The notes: generated from the sequence alone by a model not told the origin. A stretch of DNA of 41,879 nucleotides from an uncultured Lachnospiraceae bacterium (GCA_949051565.1 CARQUZ010000005.1:1-41879); one strand, 5' to 3'. Positions 18,948 to 29,663 are shown, counted from the first letter of the stretch. Numbers and translations are program-made.

Positions 18948-20132
18948 TTACAAATATTTCTTTAGCACATCCACCTTGTCAATCTTTTCCCAAGGCAAGT
19001 CAAGGTCATTGCGCCCAAAATGTCCATATGCTGCTGTCTGCTTGTATATTGGTCTTCTCAAATCCAACATCTTGATAATTCCAGCGGGTCTTAAATCGAA
19101 ATTTTCACGAATAATCTCAACTAGCTTCTCGCTGTCAATCTTGCCTGTTCCAAATGTATCGACATTGACAGAGGTCGGCTGCGCAACACCAATTGCATAA
19201 GAAAGTTGAATCTCACACTTGTCTGCAAGTCCTGCTGCCACAATGTTTTTTGCAACATAGCGCGCTGCATATGCACCGCTTCGATCTACTTTTGTACAAT
19301 CCTTTCCAGAGAATGCACCGCCGCCGTGACGCGCATACCCACCATAAGTATCCACAATAATCTTGCGTCCTGTAAGTCCTGCATCTCCATGTGGTCCACC
19401 AATAACAAAACGTCCTGTCGGATTAATATAGAACTTTGTATCTGCATCAATCAGCTCTGCTGGAAGAATCACATCAAATACATGCTTTTTGATATCCTCA
19501 TGAATTTGTTCCTGAGTCACATCTGGATCATGCTGTGTTGAGAGTACTACTGCCTCTAATCTCTTTGGTTTACCTTGCTCATCATACTCTACAGAAACCT
19601 GTGTCTTTCCATCTGGCCTTAAATACTGTAATGTGCCATTCTTGCGAACCTTTGTCAACTGCAACGCAAGCTTGTGTGCAAGTGCAATTGGATATGGCAT
19701 ATATTCTTCTGTCTCATTGGTTGCATATCCAAACATCATTCCTTGATCGCCAGCGCCAATAGCTTCGATCTGTTCATCACTCATCTCGATCTTTGCTTCA
19801 TATGCCTTGTCCACACCCATCGCAATATCGCCTGACTGTTCATCAATTGCTGTAAAGACTGCACAGGTATTTCCATCAAAACCATATTCTGACTTGTCAT
19901 AACCAATTTCCTTTACTGTGTCGCGCACAAGCTTTGGAATATCTACATACGCTTTGGTAGTAATCTCACCTGTCACCAACACAAATCCTGTACAAGTAGC
20001 TGTCTCACATGCCACGCGGCTCATAGGATCTTGCTCCATCAAAGCATCCAAAATCGCATCAGAAATCGCATCACATACTTTGTCAGGATGACCTTCTGTA
20101 ACAGATTCTGAAGTAAACAATAATTTCTCCAT
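18948..20132 (-). CDS. metK: S-adenosylmethionine synthetase
   Basis: Canonical MetK motifs ([16 protein letters not shown]...GGGAFSGKD). RBS AGGAGG. Confidence 0.95.
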   Translation of the reverse strand: MEKLLFTSESVTEGHPDKVCDAISDAILDALMEQDPMSRVACETATCTGFVLVTGEITTKAYVDIPKLVRDTVKEIGYDKSEYGFDGNTCAVFTAIDEQSGDIAMGVDKAYEAKIEMSDEQIEAIGAGDQGMMFGYATNETEEYMPYPIALAHKLALQLTKVRKNGTLQYLRPDGKTQVSVEYDEQGKPKRLEAVVLSTQHDPDVTQEQIHEDIKKHVFDVILPAELIDADTKFYINPTGRFVIGGPHGDAGLTGRKIIVDTYGGYARHGGGAFSGKDCTKVDRSGAYAARYVAKNIVAAGLADKCEIQLSYAIGVAQPTSVNVDTFGTGKIDSEKLVEIIRENFDLRPAGIIKMLDLRRPIYKQTAAYGHFGRNDLDLPWEKIDKVDVLKKYL

Positions 20133-20184
20133 TTGTATTCTTTCCTCCTATCAAATAATGACCTTTATCATTTTGTCCTCACAA

Positions 20185-20365
20185 CAAAACAATAGAAAAT
20201 CCGCTGTATTCTGGCAGAATAAGCGGATTGTATCAGTTCCTTGATAATCAAATCCTCTTATTGTTCGACCTATCTATAATAGTCCCGCTCAGGTTGGCAC
20301 CTTCCACATTGGGGTTGCCGTGGCTTCACAGATCCTTTGTATCTCCACCACTCTGAATAAGAGAT
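20185..20365 (-). ncRNA. SAM-I (S-box) riboswitch with terminator expression platform, in the metK leader
   Basis: Minus-strand aptamer from about 20362 to 20254. It has P1 CTCTTATT/AATAAGAG, GGTGGAGAT, GAAGCCACGGCAACC and GGTGCCAACCTGAGC. Terminator hairpin AATCCGCT...AGCGGATT (20197-20228) with a U-run follows, then the metK RBS. Confidence 0.85.
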
Positions 20366-20469
20366 TAGTATTCGTTCAATATTGAATTGTCATATCGCTT
20401 ATATCATATACCTATATTGTGTGCTTGTCAACTAGTAATATTCATTTCGCAATCAACAATCTCAACTTA

Positions 20470-21762
20470 TTATCCTACTTTGAGTTTAAAGCGCTGAATA
20501 TCTTTATCAGACTCTACCTTTTCAATCTGTGCGCCAAGGCTTTGTAGTTTTACATCAAAATCCTCATAACCGCGCTCTATATATCGGATATCATCCACTG
20601 TGCTAAAGCCTTCTGCTGTCAGACATGCCAACACAAGCGCTGCGCCCGCGCGAAGATCTGGCGCCGTTAAATTGGCACTAGTTAATCGCTCTATCCCTTC
20701 TATAATCGCTGTATTCCCTTCTACTTTAATATTAGACCCCATCTTTGCTAATTCATCTACATATTTGAATCGATTGTCAAAAATACTTTCTGTGACAATA
20801 CTAGTACCGCAAGCTGTAGCCAAAGACACTGCTACCTGTGGCTGCAAATCTGTGGGAAATCCTGGATAAGGCAATGTTTTGACATGGGTGTTTGTCAGAC
20901 GCTTTGACGCAGTCACACGTACAGCATCATCTGATTCCTCTACTTGACATCCCATCTCAATCAACTTGGCTGTCGTTGATTCCAAATGTTTAGGAATAAC
21001 ATTTTTGACGGTCACATCTCCCTTTGTAATTGCTGCGGCAAACATAAATGTACCCGCTTCGATCTGATCTGGAATAATAGAATATTCAGAGGAGTGAAGC
21101 TTTTTCACGCCTGAGATTCGAATCACATCTGTACCCGCACCTTTTATGTTGGCTCCCATCGAATTGAGAAAATTGGCTACATCTACTACATGTGGCTCTT
21201 TAGCCGCATTTTCAATCACGGTTTTCCCTTCTGCAAGCACGGCTGCCAGCATAATATTGATTGTGGCACCAACAGAAACAGTATCTAAATAAATATGTGT
21301 TCCTCTTAGCTGCTTTGCATCTGCAATAATTAATCCATGTTCAATCTTTACATTGGCACCGAGTGCCTTGAATCCTTTGATATGCAAATCAATCTTGCGA
21401 CTTCCAATATTACATCCACCCGGAAGTGCAACTTCTGCATGTCTATATTTTCCCAACAAAGCCCCCAACAAATAATAGGATGCTCTAATCTTCTTGATGT
21501 AATCATCCTCAATAACCAAGCCCGATATCATGGATGCATTAACCCGCACGGTATGTCTATCTGTTCTATATACAATGACTCCGATACTTTCCATCGCCTG
21601 AAGCAAGACATTGATATCTCTTACATCTGGTATATTTCCAATCGCTGTCATATCATCAGTCATAATTGCTGCAGCAAGCACTCCTAGCGCCGCATTTTTT
21701 GCACCGCCGATTTCAACTTCACCAACTAGAGGATTCCCCCCCTTAATTGCGTACTGTTCCAT
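20470..21762 (-). CDS. murA: UDP-N-acetylglucosamine 1-carboxyvinyltransferase
   Basis: MurA/EPSP-synthase fold motifs (IKGGNPLVGEVEIGGAKNAAL..., the active-site Cys region). The preferred start is MEQYAIKGG at 21762. The ORF extends to 21774. Confidence 0.9.
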   Translation of the reverse strand: MEQYAIKGGNPLVGEVEIGGAKNAALGVLAAAIMTDDMTAIGNIPDVRDINVLLQAMESIGVIVYRTDRHTVRVNASMISGLVIEDDYIKKIRASYYLLGALLGKYRHAEVALPGGCNIGSRKIDLHIKGFKALGANVKIEHGLIIADAKQLRGTHIYLDTVSVGATINIMLAAVLAEGKTVIENAAKEPHVVDVANFLNSMGANIKGAGTDVIRISGVKKLHSSEYSIIPDQIEAGTFMFAAAITKGDVTVKNVIPKHLESTTAKLIEMGCQVEESDDAVRVTASKRLTNTHVKTLPYPGFPTDLQPQVAVSLATACGTSIVTESIFDNRFKYVDELAKMGSNIKVEGNTAIIEGIERLTSANLTAPDLRAGAALVLACLTAEGFSTVDDIRYIERGYEDFDVKLQSLGAQIEKVESDKDIQRFKLKVG

Positions 21763-21963
21763 CGCCCACCTCATTATAAACCTTCCAATTCTTAATCAAC
21801 CCGCAAATTTGGACGAAAGCACAAATTGCCGATTGGCAAAGGCGCAAACACTTGTTTTTTTGCCTTTATCCCTCATACTGTTTTCCGATTATAAACCTTT
21901 TTTAAGCATTTGTAAACCATCATCTTGCCCATTCATACAGTGAAAGGAACCCAATTTTTGTAA

Positions 21964-22180
21964 TAACTCCCAATTATCTATGCTAACTCCCATCTGCCCG
22001 CATTAGCGGGCATACAAATCAGGATGTGTGAAATTATATATTTCACGCTAACTCCCATCTGCCCGCATTAGCGGGCGTACAAATCAGGATGTGTGAAATT
22101 ATATATTTCACACTAACTCCCATCTGCCCGCATTAGCGGGCATACAAATCAGGATGTGTGAAATTATATATTTCACACTA
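21964..22180 (+). repeat. Intergenic repeat family 2: three near-identical tandem 65-bp copies (21983-22047, 22048-22112, 22113-22177) plus partial flanking copies
   Basis: Seen directly. Each unit has two hairpins (GCCCGCattaGCGGGC and TGTGAAATtatatATTTCACA). There are no unique spacers between units. Confidence 0.9.
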
Positions 22181-22274
22181 ATTTGCCATACCACCAACAA
22201 CATCACGAATAAAGTTCGCATTGTTGAATTTGAATGACGACTGCAATCGGCATATTTCACATGAATAGCCGAAA

Positions 22275-23924
22275 CTAATTCAAATAATTTAAAGGATTCA
22301 CTGCATTTCCATTGATACGAATCTCAAAATGTAGATGTGGTCCTGTACTTCTTCCAGTATTTCCACTCAGCGCAATTCTCTCACCCTGTGAGACTGTTTG
22401 TCCTGTCTTAACCAAAACCTTGCTCAAATGTCCATACCTAGTCTGTCTACCGTCTGCATGATTGATATACACAGCATAGCCATAACCGCTCGCCCATCCC
22501 GCATGAACCACTGTTCCTGCATTGGAGGCGGTTACCGCCGTTCCAATTGGGACTGCCCAATCCACTCCCTTATGATAGGTAGAAGCCCCTTTCGTTGGCG
22601 CACTTCGCGCTCCGAATCCAGAACTAAGACGCCCACCTGAAATAGGTTTGATATAAGTTGGCGGCGTTTTCGTACCACGTTCCACAATTTTGGGAACAGC
22701 CTGCGCATACACTTCTTCCTTTAAAATTTCTCTGTCAATTTCCTGTCCATTTTTATATGTAATGATAGCGGCCACCCTGCGCCTGCCGGCTGATGGTTCC
22801 TGACGTGTGACTTTTTGTGTTGTGTACCAGTCATCGTTAGGAATATACTCTACTGGCACATCATAGTCTTCTATATAAACTTGCTCGTTCTTCCATAAAA
22901 TAGAAAGCTCTGGTTCTGGCACGGTCATCACAAGCTTCTGCCCCACACGAATAATAGAGCGCTCATCTTCCAGCTCATCATTGATTGCAATCAACTCATC
23001 CATTGGAATATTATTAGAAAGACTAATCTGTGAAAGTGTATCTCCTTGAACTACCTCGTATATTACTTGTACTTCCTGTTCCTTTGTCACAAGATCTACA
23101 GACTCTTCCACAGTATTGAGCTCATCTTCCAGCAAATACGCCTCCACCACCTCAATTTTTTCTGCGTATTCTATATCAGAAAGCACTGTCCCATACTCAT
23201 CAAAACTTTTTTCTACTTGCGGCTCCACCTGCATAAACATTTTATTGAGTTCAGCCTCAACTCCTGCCGCCATCTCAACCGAATCTTGTGCCTGTGTAGA
23301 ATCTGATTTTAGAGACACTACTGCTTCTAGTACATTCACTTCTCTATCACGATCAAGCTCCAAATGTACCTGATATTGTTTTTGTGTATCATAAGGTGCC
23401 AACGCTTGTTCTAGAAAAGCATAAACCTCCTCATAAGAGCGTAAATTTACTGACGTTTCATTCACTTTAACTGTATAAGAACGATGTAGCGTCTCGCGCA
23501 TACTCCCTCGCATTGCTGCTGCCATATTTTGTATAATATCGGGTGTACTATCTACAGTCGCCCACAGTCTCTCACTGCCCACTATCTCAAGCTGTGCATC
23601 CATAAACACAAGCTCACTACTGCCGCTATCTAAGACCGCCTTGCGTCGTGCGTCTGTTAGCATTGTATCCAACTGATCTGTCGATCCAATATGTCCTACT
23701 TCGACACCATTTAAAAACACTGTAAAAAAATTGTCTCCTGTATGCTCAAAAAACTGTATAGAAGGTAATAAAAAGATACAGACAATCACTGTGATGACCG
23801 CCGCCTCTATATAACACAATCTAAATCTTCTATAATAATGATGTATTTTCTTCATTTTATCTATGCCTCTGCTTTGTATTGCGTTCATTCTTAGCTCCAT
23901 CTGCTCTGTCCATAGATCGCACAA
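22275..23924 (-). CDS. Membrane-anchored M23 family metallopeptidase with a LysM domain
   Basis: N-terminal TM helix. LysM (GDTLSQISLSNNIPMDELIAINDEL). A C-terminal M23 domain with HxxxD and HLH (HKGVDWAVPIGT...GPHLHFEIR). The exact start is uncertain because several in-frame ATGs have weak RBSs. Confidence 0.8.
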   Translation of the reverse strand: MCDLWTEQMELRMNAIQSRGIDKMKKIHHYYRRFRLCYIEAAVITVIVCIFLLPSIQFFEHTGDNFFTVFLNGVEVGHIGSTDQLDTMLTDARRKAVLDSGSSELVFMDAQLEIVGSERLWATVDSTPDIIQNMAAAMRGSMRETLHRSYTVKVNETSVNLRSYEEVYAFLEQALAPYDTQKQYQVHLELDRDREVNVLEAVVSLKSDSTQAQDSVEMAAGVEAELNKMFMQVEPQVEKSFDEYGTVLSDIEYAEKIEVVEAYLLEDELNTVEESVDLVTKEQEVQVIYEVVQGDTLSQISLSNNIPMDELIAINDELEDERSIIRVGQKLVMTVPEPELSILWKNEQVYIEDYDVPVEYIPNDDWYTTQKVTRQEPSAGRRRVAAIITYKNGQEIDREILKEEVYAQAVPKIVERGTKTPPTYIKPISGGRLSSGFGARSAPTKGASTYHKGVDWAVPIGTAVTASNAGTVVHAGWASGYGYAVYINHADGRQTRYGHLSKVLVKTGQTVSQGERIALSGNTGRSTGPHLHFEIRINGNAVNPLNYLN

Positions 23925-23985
23925 AAATTAGACAGATAGGACTATTTTACCAGCCATTTGCAATATTGTAAAGAAAATGAATGAT

Positions 23986-24552
23986 TCAACGCTTCTTTTG
24001 TATGCTATAACCAAACTTCCCGATCTGCCTGCCAAGGCCAAAGTAATCCCCGTGACTATACACAATTGGCAATGCATCTTGCAAGCAAAAACGTCCTTTT
24101 TCATCCATATAGCGCTCTTCTACATGTACAGCTTCCACTTGTGCAAGAAACAAATCGTGTGATCCCATTGTCTCCACTCTTGTCACTCTACATTCTATGT
24201 TTACAGGACTCTCAGCTATGTATGGCACAGCCACTTTTTCTGATGATACAGGTGTCAATTTCATTTCTTTCCACTTGTTCACATCTTTTCCACTCATAAC
24301 TCCACAATAATCTGTAGCATAGGCTAATTCCTCTGTGGTAAGATTGATAACAAATTCTTTTGTCTCCATTAACATATGATGTGAATAGCGCGAAGGACGC
24401 ACAGATATACTTACCATTGGTGGATTAGTACAAATTGTACCTGCCCACGCCACCGTAATAATATTGGTGCTACCATCTTTTCCTGCTACACTCACCAAGA
24501 CAACTGGAAGTGGATAGAGCATATTCCCAGGCTTAAACGAAATCTTTGCCAT
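23986..24552 (-). CDS. Flavin reductase-like (FMN-binding split-barrel) protein
   Basis: Flavin_Reduct-like motifs (YPLPVVLVS...G..NIITVAW.G). 188 aa. RBS GGGGGA. Confidence 0.7.
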   Translation of the reverse strand: MAKISFKPGNMLYPLPVVLVSVAGKDGSTNIITVAWAGTICTNPPMVSISVRPSRYSHHMLMETKEFVINLTTEELAYATDYCGVMSGKDVNKWKEMKLTPVSSEKVAVPYIAESPVNIECRVTRVETMGSHDLFLAQVEAVHVEERYMDEKGRFCLQDALPIVYSHGDYFGLGRQIGKFGYSIQKKR

Positions 24553-24617
24553 ATTAATCCCCCATGCCGCCTTTGGCGGCTCAAATAGAAATGAAAAACG
24601 CAGTCTTTTGCGTTTTT

Positions 24618-24712
24618 CCTGTGTGAAATTTTATATTTCACACTAACTCCCATCTGCCCGCTTTAGCGGGCACTCCAATCAGGATGGGTGAAATTTTATA
24701 TTTCACATTAAT
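24618..24712 (+). repeat. Intergenic repeat family 2 (one full unit plus flanking partials)
   Basis: TGTGTGAAATTTTATATTTCACA-CTAACTCCCATCTGCCCGCtttaGCGGGC...TGAAATTTTATATTTCACA. Confidence 0.85.
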
Positions 24713-24988
24713 CCCATATCCTTTTTCTGCAATGTATACCCCAAAAAATACAAATCATACCAAACTGCCTAAAACACAAAAATTTTCTGTTATAATCAAA
24801 CAGTAGACAATACAAAACCTTTTGTCTACAAGGGTTTTGTTCTAAAGCATAATCCTATAACCAAATCCATCTCGAGAACATTTTGTCAATTTATTTGCAA
24901 CACAAATGTCATTTGCATTCGCAAATGAATTTGTGTTGTGAATAATAAACAAATGATCTTAATTGATTGACAACTGATCGCGTAAAGT

Positions 24989-25040
24989 TTTATTATGAAA
25001 GTAAAGAACAACTTTCATAGTAAGATGGCCATTCGGCCTG
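24989..25040 (+). repeat. Intergenic repeat family 1 copy (hairpin TATGAAAGT...ACTTTCATA + GATGGCCATTCGGCC), with a degenerate partial copy at 25075-25107
   Basis: Seen directly. Same orientation as the array at 1391-1625. Confidence 0.8.
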
Positions 25041-25154
25041 AAATGATATAAAACATTCCAGATATTGTATGATGCTACTTTATTATGAAAGATAAAGAAT
25101 GATAACATAACATGTAAATCAATTTGTATATATTGGTGATTAAGGAGGAGAATA

Positions 25155-25499
25155 ATGCCATTTATTAACTCAAGGGTAAGTGTCACAATGACCAAAGCCC
25201 AGAAAACTTCCATAAAAGAAAAACTAGGAAAAGCCATTTCCATCATTCCAGGAAAATCTGAGCAGTGGCTCATGATAGAATTTGCCGATGCTTGTGATTT
25301 ATATTTTCAGGGTGAAAATACACAACCTTGTGCTTTTATAGAAGTCAAAGTATTTGGTGGTATTCCTGAATACTGTCTAGAAAATTTAACAGCCGTGATT
25401 AGTGAAATCTACGAGACAGATTTACAGCTTGCAAAGGATCATATTTATATAAAATATGAACCCATTTCTGAGTGGGGCTGGAATGGCCAAAATTTCTAG
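25155..25499 (+). CDS. MIF (macrophage migration inhibitory factor)-like tautomerase superfamily protein
   Basis: N-terminal Met-Pro (catalytic Pro1) and ~114 aa. Blocks align to MIF (PCAFIEVKVFGGI; IYIKYEPISEWGWNGQNF versus [20 protein letters not shown]). RBS AAGGAGG. Confidence 0.7.
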   Translation: MPFINSRVSVTMTKAQKTSIKEKLGKAISIIPGKSEQWLMIEFADACDLYFQGENTQPCAFIEVKVFGGIPEYCLENLTAVISEIYETDLQLAKDHIYIKYEPISEWGWNGQNF

Positions 25500-25563
25500 T
25501 GTGTTTTATTTATTTTCTATGCTATTTTCTCATGATTTTTGTAGTTGCAATACCATTTATGTG

Positions 25564-25599
25564 AAATAGTTCAGCTATTTTGTAGCTGAACTATTTTTC
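25564..25599. terminator. Bidirectional terminator between the convergent MIF-like gene and the P-loop kinase gene
   Basis: 13-bp stem AAATAGTTCAGCT/AGCTGAACTATTT with a T-run. Confidence 0.7.
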
Positions 25600-26166
25600 T
25601 TGTTTTCTATTCCGTAATTCTTTTTGTATTTGATATTCCTCTATAATGCGTGTTGTATTATTCTCCAAGGTGTCTGCACCATCAATAAAAAGGACCTTAC
25701 AAGGCAGTGTAGACGCCCATTGGAGATGCGTTTGCAGATTAGGCGAAGCATCACTTGTATCATAGCGCATCGCACTCTCAATAAACTTTTGATGCCCCTC
25801 GTATAGATCACCGCCTTCTAAAATCCGTTCTCCAAAACGATTTATTGCCCTTTGTTGTATCCGCTCAAATCGAACAGCGCTGTCTGCCGTAATATGAATA
25901 GCTAAATCAAACAATGGATCAAATGGATCATGAAAACTATCCATTGATCCTGCCATGACAAAATGTTCGTATTCTGATATATCGTGCAACAATCTGCCTG
26001 CTTTTTCTTCTTTAGAATACATCATTGTATATGGACGTTGTGTGTCCTTTCTCCAGATATAATCATCTATATCAAAATATGGATATCCCAATTGCTTGGC
26101 TACAAGCTTTCCTAGTGTTGTCTTTCCAGCTCCCGCCGAACCAAATATAATAATTCCTCTTGACAT
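25591..26166 (-). CDS. P-loop NTPase (AAA_33 / shikimate-kinase-like small kinase)
   Basis: Walker A GSAGAGKTT close to the N-terminus. RBS GGAG 5 nt before the ATG at 26166. The ORF track's 26232 start lacks an RBS. Confidence 0.7.
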   Translation of the reverse strand: MSRGIIIFGSAGAGKTTLGKLVAKQLGYPYFDIDDYIWRKDTQRPYTMMYSKEEKAGRLLHDISEYEHFVMAGSMDSFHDPFDPLFDLAIHITADSAVRFERIQQRAINRFGERILEGGDLYEGHQKFIESAMRYDTSDASPNLQTHLQWASTLPCKVLFIDGADTLENNTTRIIEEYQIQKELRNRKQEK

Positions 26167-26569
26167 TGTTTCTCCATTTCTGCGCAACTTTTTCGTCTGA
26201 TAATTTGTACACACCACCTTTTTTGCTTTCACACCCTTCTAACAATTGATTTTTATTGTATCATATATATTTGATGCATCCAACATAGAATTGATTCATT
26301 ATAAAAATTTGATTCTTCGACTTATCTTTTTCATTTTTCAATTCTCTATCTTTCTCATTTTTAATCTGCTCTTTATGTGCTAAGAACATATACGATCGAT
26401 TGAAAGTTGACTTATTTCATTTGTCTTAATAAACATATTTATGGTGAATCCCAACTCATAAATCCAAAAGAAAAGTTCCTCTATCTCATGTGCTCTTATA
26501 TTGCAAATAGTGTATATCAATGATATAATAACCACAGAAAAAATGGAGATATAAAGGATGGAATGATAT

Positions 26570-27811
26570 ATGAAAAAAAGAATGTGGTGCTTGCTTTTGA
26601 GTATTTTATGTACCACAACGCTTATGGGATGTGGTACACAAGAGAAAACAGACTTTGAAAATACAGAAAATACAGAATCCGAAAAAGTTGAATTGGTTGT
26701 CTGGGGAGCACAGGAAGATACAGAACTGATGAATCAGATCATCCAAAGTTTTCAGACACATTATCAGGGACAGGCTGATTTTCAAATTTCATTCGAAGTA
26801 CAAGGAGAATCGCAGTGTAAAAATGTATTGCTTGGTGGGCTGGAAGACGGTGCTGATGTATTTACTTTCGCAGACGATCAGTTAAGTGCTCTCGCCGCCG
26901 CTGGAGCATTGGAGCCTATTGATGACGCTGACACAATCCGTCAAAACAATCTTTCAAGCGCCGTCGAAGCTGCTACAATAAACAATCAGCTATACGCCTA
27001 TCCATTGACGGCAGATAACGGCTACTTCTTGTATTACAACAAACAATATATTACAGAAGAGCAAGTTAAAACACTAGACGGCATATTACAAGCAGCGGCC
27101 ACTCACAATAAATTATTTACTATGGATTGGTCTTCAGCATGGTATGTATATTCTTTTTTTGGGAATACAGGACTTGAAGTTGGACTTAACGACGACGGAA
27201 TCACTAATTATTGTACATGGAATCAGGCCGATGGTGACATTCGGGGGATTGACGTAGCGCGATCAATGCTCCAGATTGCAGGAAATCCAGGATTTTCCAG
27301 TTGTACAGACGAAGAATTTCTTAATGGAGTAAAGAATGGAACAATAATTGCAGGCGTCAGCGGTGTATGGAATTCTGTTCCGATCAATGAGGTCTGGGGT
27401 GACAATACGGGGGCTACTAAATTGCCCACTTATACTTGTAATGGCCGCCAAGTACAGATGGCTTCTTTTTCAGGTTGCAAACTAATCGGGGTAAATGCTT
27501 ATTCTGACCATCCCCAATGGGCATCCAAGCTTGCCGAATGGATCACTAACGAAGAAAACCAACAACTCCGCTTTGAAATGCGCGGTCAAGGACCATCAAA
27601 CATCACTGTCGCAGGCTCAACACAAGTCAAGCAATCACCAGCGATCACTGCTCTTTTAGAGCAATCCGAATTTTCTCAGCTTCAGCGCATAGGCGGCAAA
27701 TTCTGGGACCCTGTCTCAAAATTTGCAGAAAATATGGCGGCTGGAAATCCTTCTGGTCAAAACTTACAAAAGCAATTAGATGAGATGGCAGAACAGATTT
27801 CTGCAAGGTAG
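26570..27811 (+). CDS. Lipoprotein extracellular solute-binding protein (family 1, sugar-type SBP)
   Basis: Signal peptide plus lipobox LMGCGT and ~410 aa. It immediately precedes an MCP gene. Confidence 0.75.
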   Translation: MKKRMWCLLLSILCTTTLMGCGTQEKTDFENTENTESEKVELVVWGAQEDTELMNQIIQSFQTHYQGQADFQISFEVQGESQCKNVLLGGLEDGADVFTFADDQLSALAAAGALEPIDDADTIRQNNLSSAVEAATINNQLYAYPLTADNGYFLYYNKQYITEEQVKTLDGILQAAATHNKLFTMDWSSAWYVYSFFGNTGLEVGLNDDGITNYCTWNQADGDIRGIDVARSMLQIAGNPGFSSCTDEEFLNGVKNGTIIAGVSGVWNSVPINEVWGDNTGATKLPTYTCNGRQVQMASFSGCKLIGVNAYSDHPQWASKLAEWITNEENQQLRFEMRGQGPSNITVAGSTQVKQSPAITALLEQSEFSQLQRIGGKFWDPVSKFAENMAAGNPSGQNLQKQLDEMAEQISAR

Positions 27812-27841
27812 ATATATATTGAAAGGATTTGTTAATGTAAG

Positions 27842-29428
27842 ATGAAGAAAAAACTCACCATACAACAACGCCTGATACTTCCGATCATCCTTTTGGGGAT
27901 TGTGGCATTGATTTCCAGTGCCTTATCGGTTTTTAGTATCAATAATGTAAATTCCAATGCTTCTAAAATCGTAGATATCTATATGGTAGGTTCAGAAACA
28001 TTGCAAAATATTCGTCATACCACCACAAATATTCATAAGATGGCACTATCCCATATTGTTGCAACAGACTATACCACCATGATTACTGTTGTAGCACAGA
28101 TCAAGGATGAAGAAAAAACATTGGAGACATATTTGCAGGAATACAAGAACTATGTCACAGAAGACGAAGAAGTGATCTATGCACAACTTTTAGAAAATTA
28201 TGACTCTTTTAAACATGCTCTAGTTTATCTTGTATGTGCAAGTGCAGACAGCAAGACTCAAGATGCCTATGCTTGTGCCAATGGTGACGTTGCTCACTTC
28301 GGTTCTGCCATAGCAAACAATGCTAATGAGTTATATGCGGCTGTAAGTACGCGGACAGCCAATGCACGGCAAAAGCTTTTGATCGTCTATATGATCTCAC
28401 TGATTATTGCTGCTGCATCTATTGTCACCTGCTTCCTATTGGTTCTTGCAACTATTCGAATCATAAAAAAATATGTGATAACCCCTATCAAAGACACAGT
28501 GAACACTCTTCAAGAAAGTTCACAAAAGCTTGACACCGTGACAGGCGAAGTACTCAAACACACTCGCACATCAGGAAAAAGTGTCAAGAGACTTTCTTCT
28601 CTTACAGGCTCTTTGTCTATGGCAATCCAAAAAGTGGCAAATAATGCGACAATTATTAATGATCGTGCCACAACTATCAAAGAGGATGTCCATGATATGG
28701 CAGAAGAATGTAACACCATCATGGAGTATTCCTCTGCTATGAAAATACGAGCAACCGAAATGGAATCAGCAGCACAGACAAACACAGAAGCCATTCAAAC
28801 AAAAACCACGGATATTCTAAAAGTATTAAAAGAAGCAATTGAAAATAGTAAGAGTGTAGATCAGGTAAACAAACTCACAAAAGATATTGTAGAGATCTCA
28901 TCAACCACCAATCTGATTGCTCTTAATGCTTCCATAGAAGCTATGCGCGCTGGAGAAGCTGGAAAGGGCTTTGCCGTCGTTGCAAGACAAATTAAATCCT
29001 TGGCAAACTCTTGCAGTGAAACTGCTGGACGTATCCAAGAAGTCAATCAGATTGTCACAAACGCAGTACATAATCTATCAAAACATTCTCAGGATATGGC
29101 TGACTATCTAAGCGAAACTATTTTGGCAGAGTTTCAGGAATTTGTCCATTCTGGAAGACAGTACAAAGAGGATGCTGATTATATAAAAGAAATGATCGAC
29201 GCATTTAGCAACAGAACTGACCACCTTAGAAACTCTATGATCGAGATAGCCGCTTCCATTGAAAGCATTACCAAAGCCATTGATGATGGTGCCACAGGAA
29301 TCACTGGAGTTGCGGGCAATACAGAGAGCTTAGTCAAGGATATGGCGGATATTACAAATCGTATGGATACAAACAGAGAGATCGTAGAAGAACTAAAAAA
29401 GCAAATGGAAGTATTTGCAGATTTTTAA
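27842..29428 (+). CDS. Methyl-accepting chemotaxis protein (two TM segments, periplasmic ligand-binding region)
   Basis: MCP signalling-domain motif [33 protein letters not shown]1 near residue 15 and TM2 near residue 185. Confidence 0.85.
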   Translation: MKKKLTIQQRLILPIILLGIVALISSALSVFSINNVNSNASKIVDIYMVGSETLQNIRHTTTNIHKMALSHIVATDYTTMITVVAQIKDEEKTLETYLQEYKNYVTEDEEVIYAQLLENYDSFKHALVYLVCASADSKTQDAYACANGDVAHFGSAIANNANELYAAVSTRTANARQKLLIVYMISLIIAAASIVTCFLLVLATIRIIKKYVITPIKDTVNTLQESSQKLDTVTGEVLKHTRTSGKSVKRLSSLTGSLSMAIQKVANNATIINDRATTIKEDVHDMAEECNTIMEYSSAMKIRATEMESAAQTNTEAIQTKTTDILKVLKEAIENSKSVDQVNKLTKDIVEISSTTNLIALNASIEAMRAGEAGKGFAVVARQIKSLANSCSETAGRIQEVNQIVTNAVHNLSKHSQDMADYLSETILAEFQEFVHSGRQYKEDADYIKEMIDAFSNRTDHLRNSMIEIAASIESITKAIDDGATGITGVAGNTESLVKDMADITNRMDTNREIVEELKKQMEVFADF

Positions 29429-29493
29429 GAAAACTACTCCTACTCAAAATTAAACAATATTTACATATTCCTATTTTTTATACTCTTTGCTAA

Positions 29494-29517
29494 AAAACGC
29501 CTAATTCGGGCGTTTTT
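29494..29517 (+). terminator. Rho-independent terminator after the MCP gene
   Basis: Stem AAAACGCC/GGCGTTTT, loop TAATTCG, then a T-run. Confidence 0.75.
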
Positions 29518-29521
29518 CGGC

Positions 29522-29663
29522 ATAAAGCTTAGTACTTCTTTGTGAAATAACCTTTGTTGCAAGCAGTTAGAAGTACTTTTCATGATGTGAGACTTAGAGT
29601 TTCTCTGTGAAACAGTCTTTGCTGCAAGCAGAAACTACCACAGGTAGTTAGAAACTCTTCTCA
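29522..29663 (+). repeat. Repeat family 3: two tandem ~65-80-nt structured units upstream of the MVP gene. Long inverted repeats (AGTACTTCT...AGAAGTACT and TGTGAGAcTTAGAGTTTCT...AGAAACTCTTCTCACA) enclose a conserved TGTGAAA...(T)GCTGCAAGCAG core. A family-2 fragment follows at 29666-29723
   Basis: Seen directly. The 35-bp left arm CATGATGTGAGACTTAGAGTTTCTCTGTGAAACAG (29581-29615) recurs at 32207-32242. Confidence 0.75.

Noticed and set aside
21964-22180. CRISPR-like appearance of the regularly spaced repeat arrays (also 1391-1625 and 34494-34665)
   Set aside because: The units are directly tandem or separated only by a few variable bases that are themselves related. There are no unique spacers of 30-40 bp and no cas genes in the window. 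These are tandem intergenic repeats, not CRISPR arrays.
24780-24845. Possible tiny sRNA (TATAAT-like box followed by hairpin GTAGACA...TGTCTAC and a U-run)
   Set aside because: The -35 element is poor and the predicted transcript would be only ~40 nt. The structure is weak. Noted but not supportable from sequence alone.
26380-26616. 78-aa hydrophobic ORF (minus strand) overlapping the SBP start region
   Set aside because: It overlaps the RBS and start of the well-supported SBP gene, has AT-rich composition and no RBS. Likely spurious.
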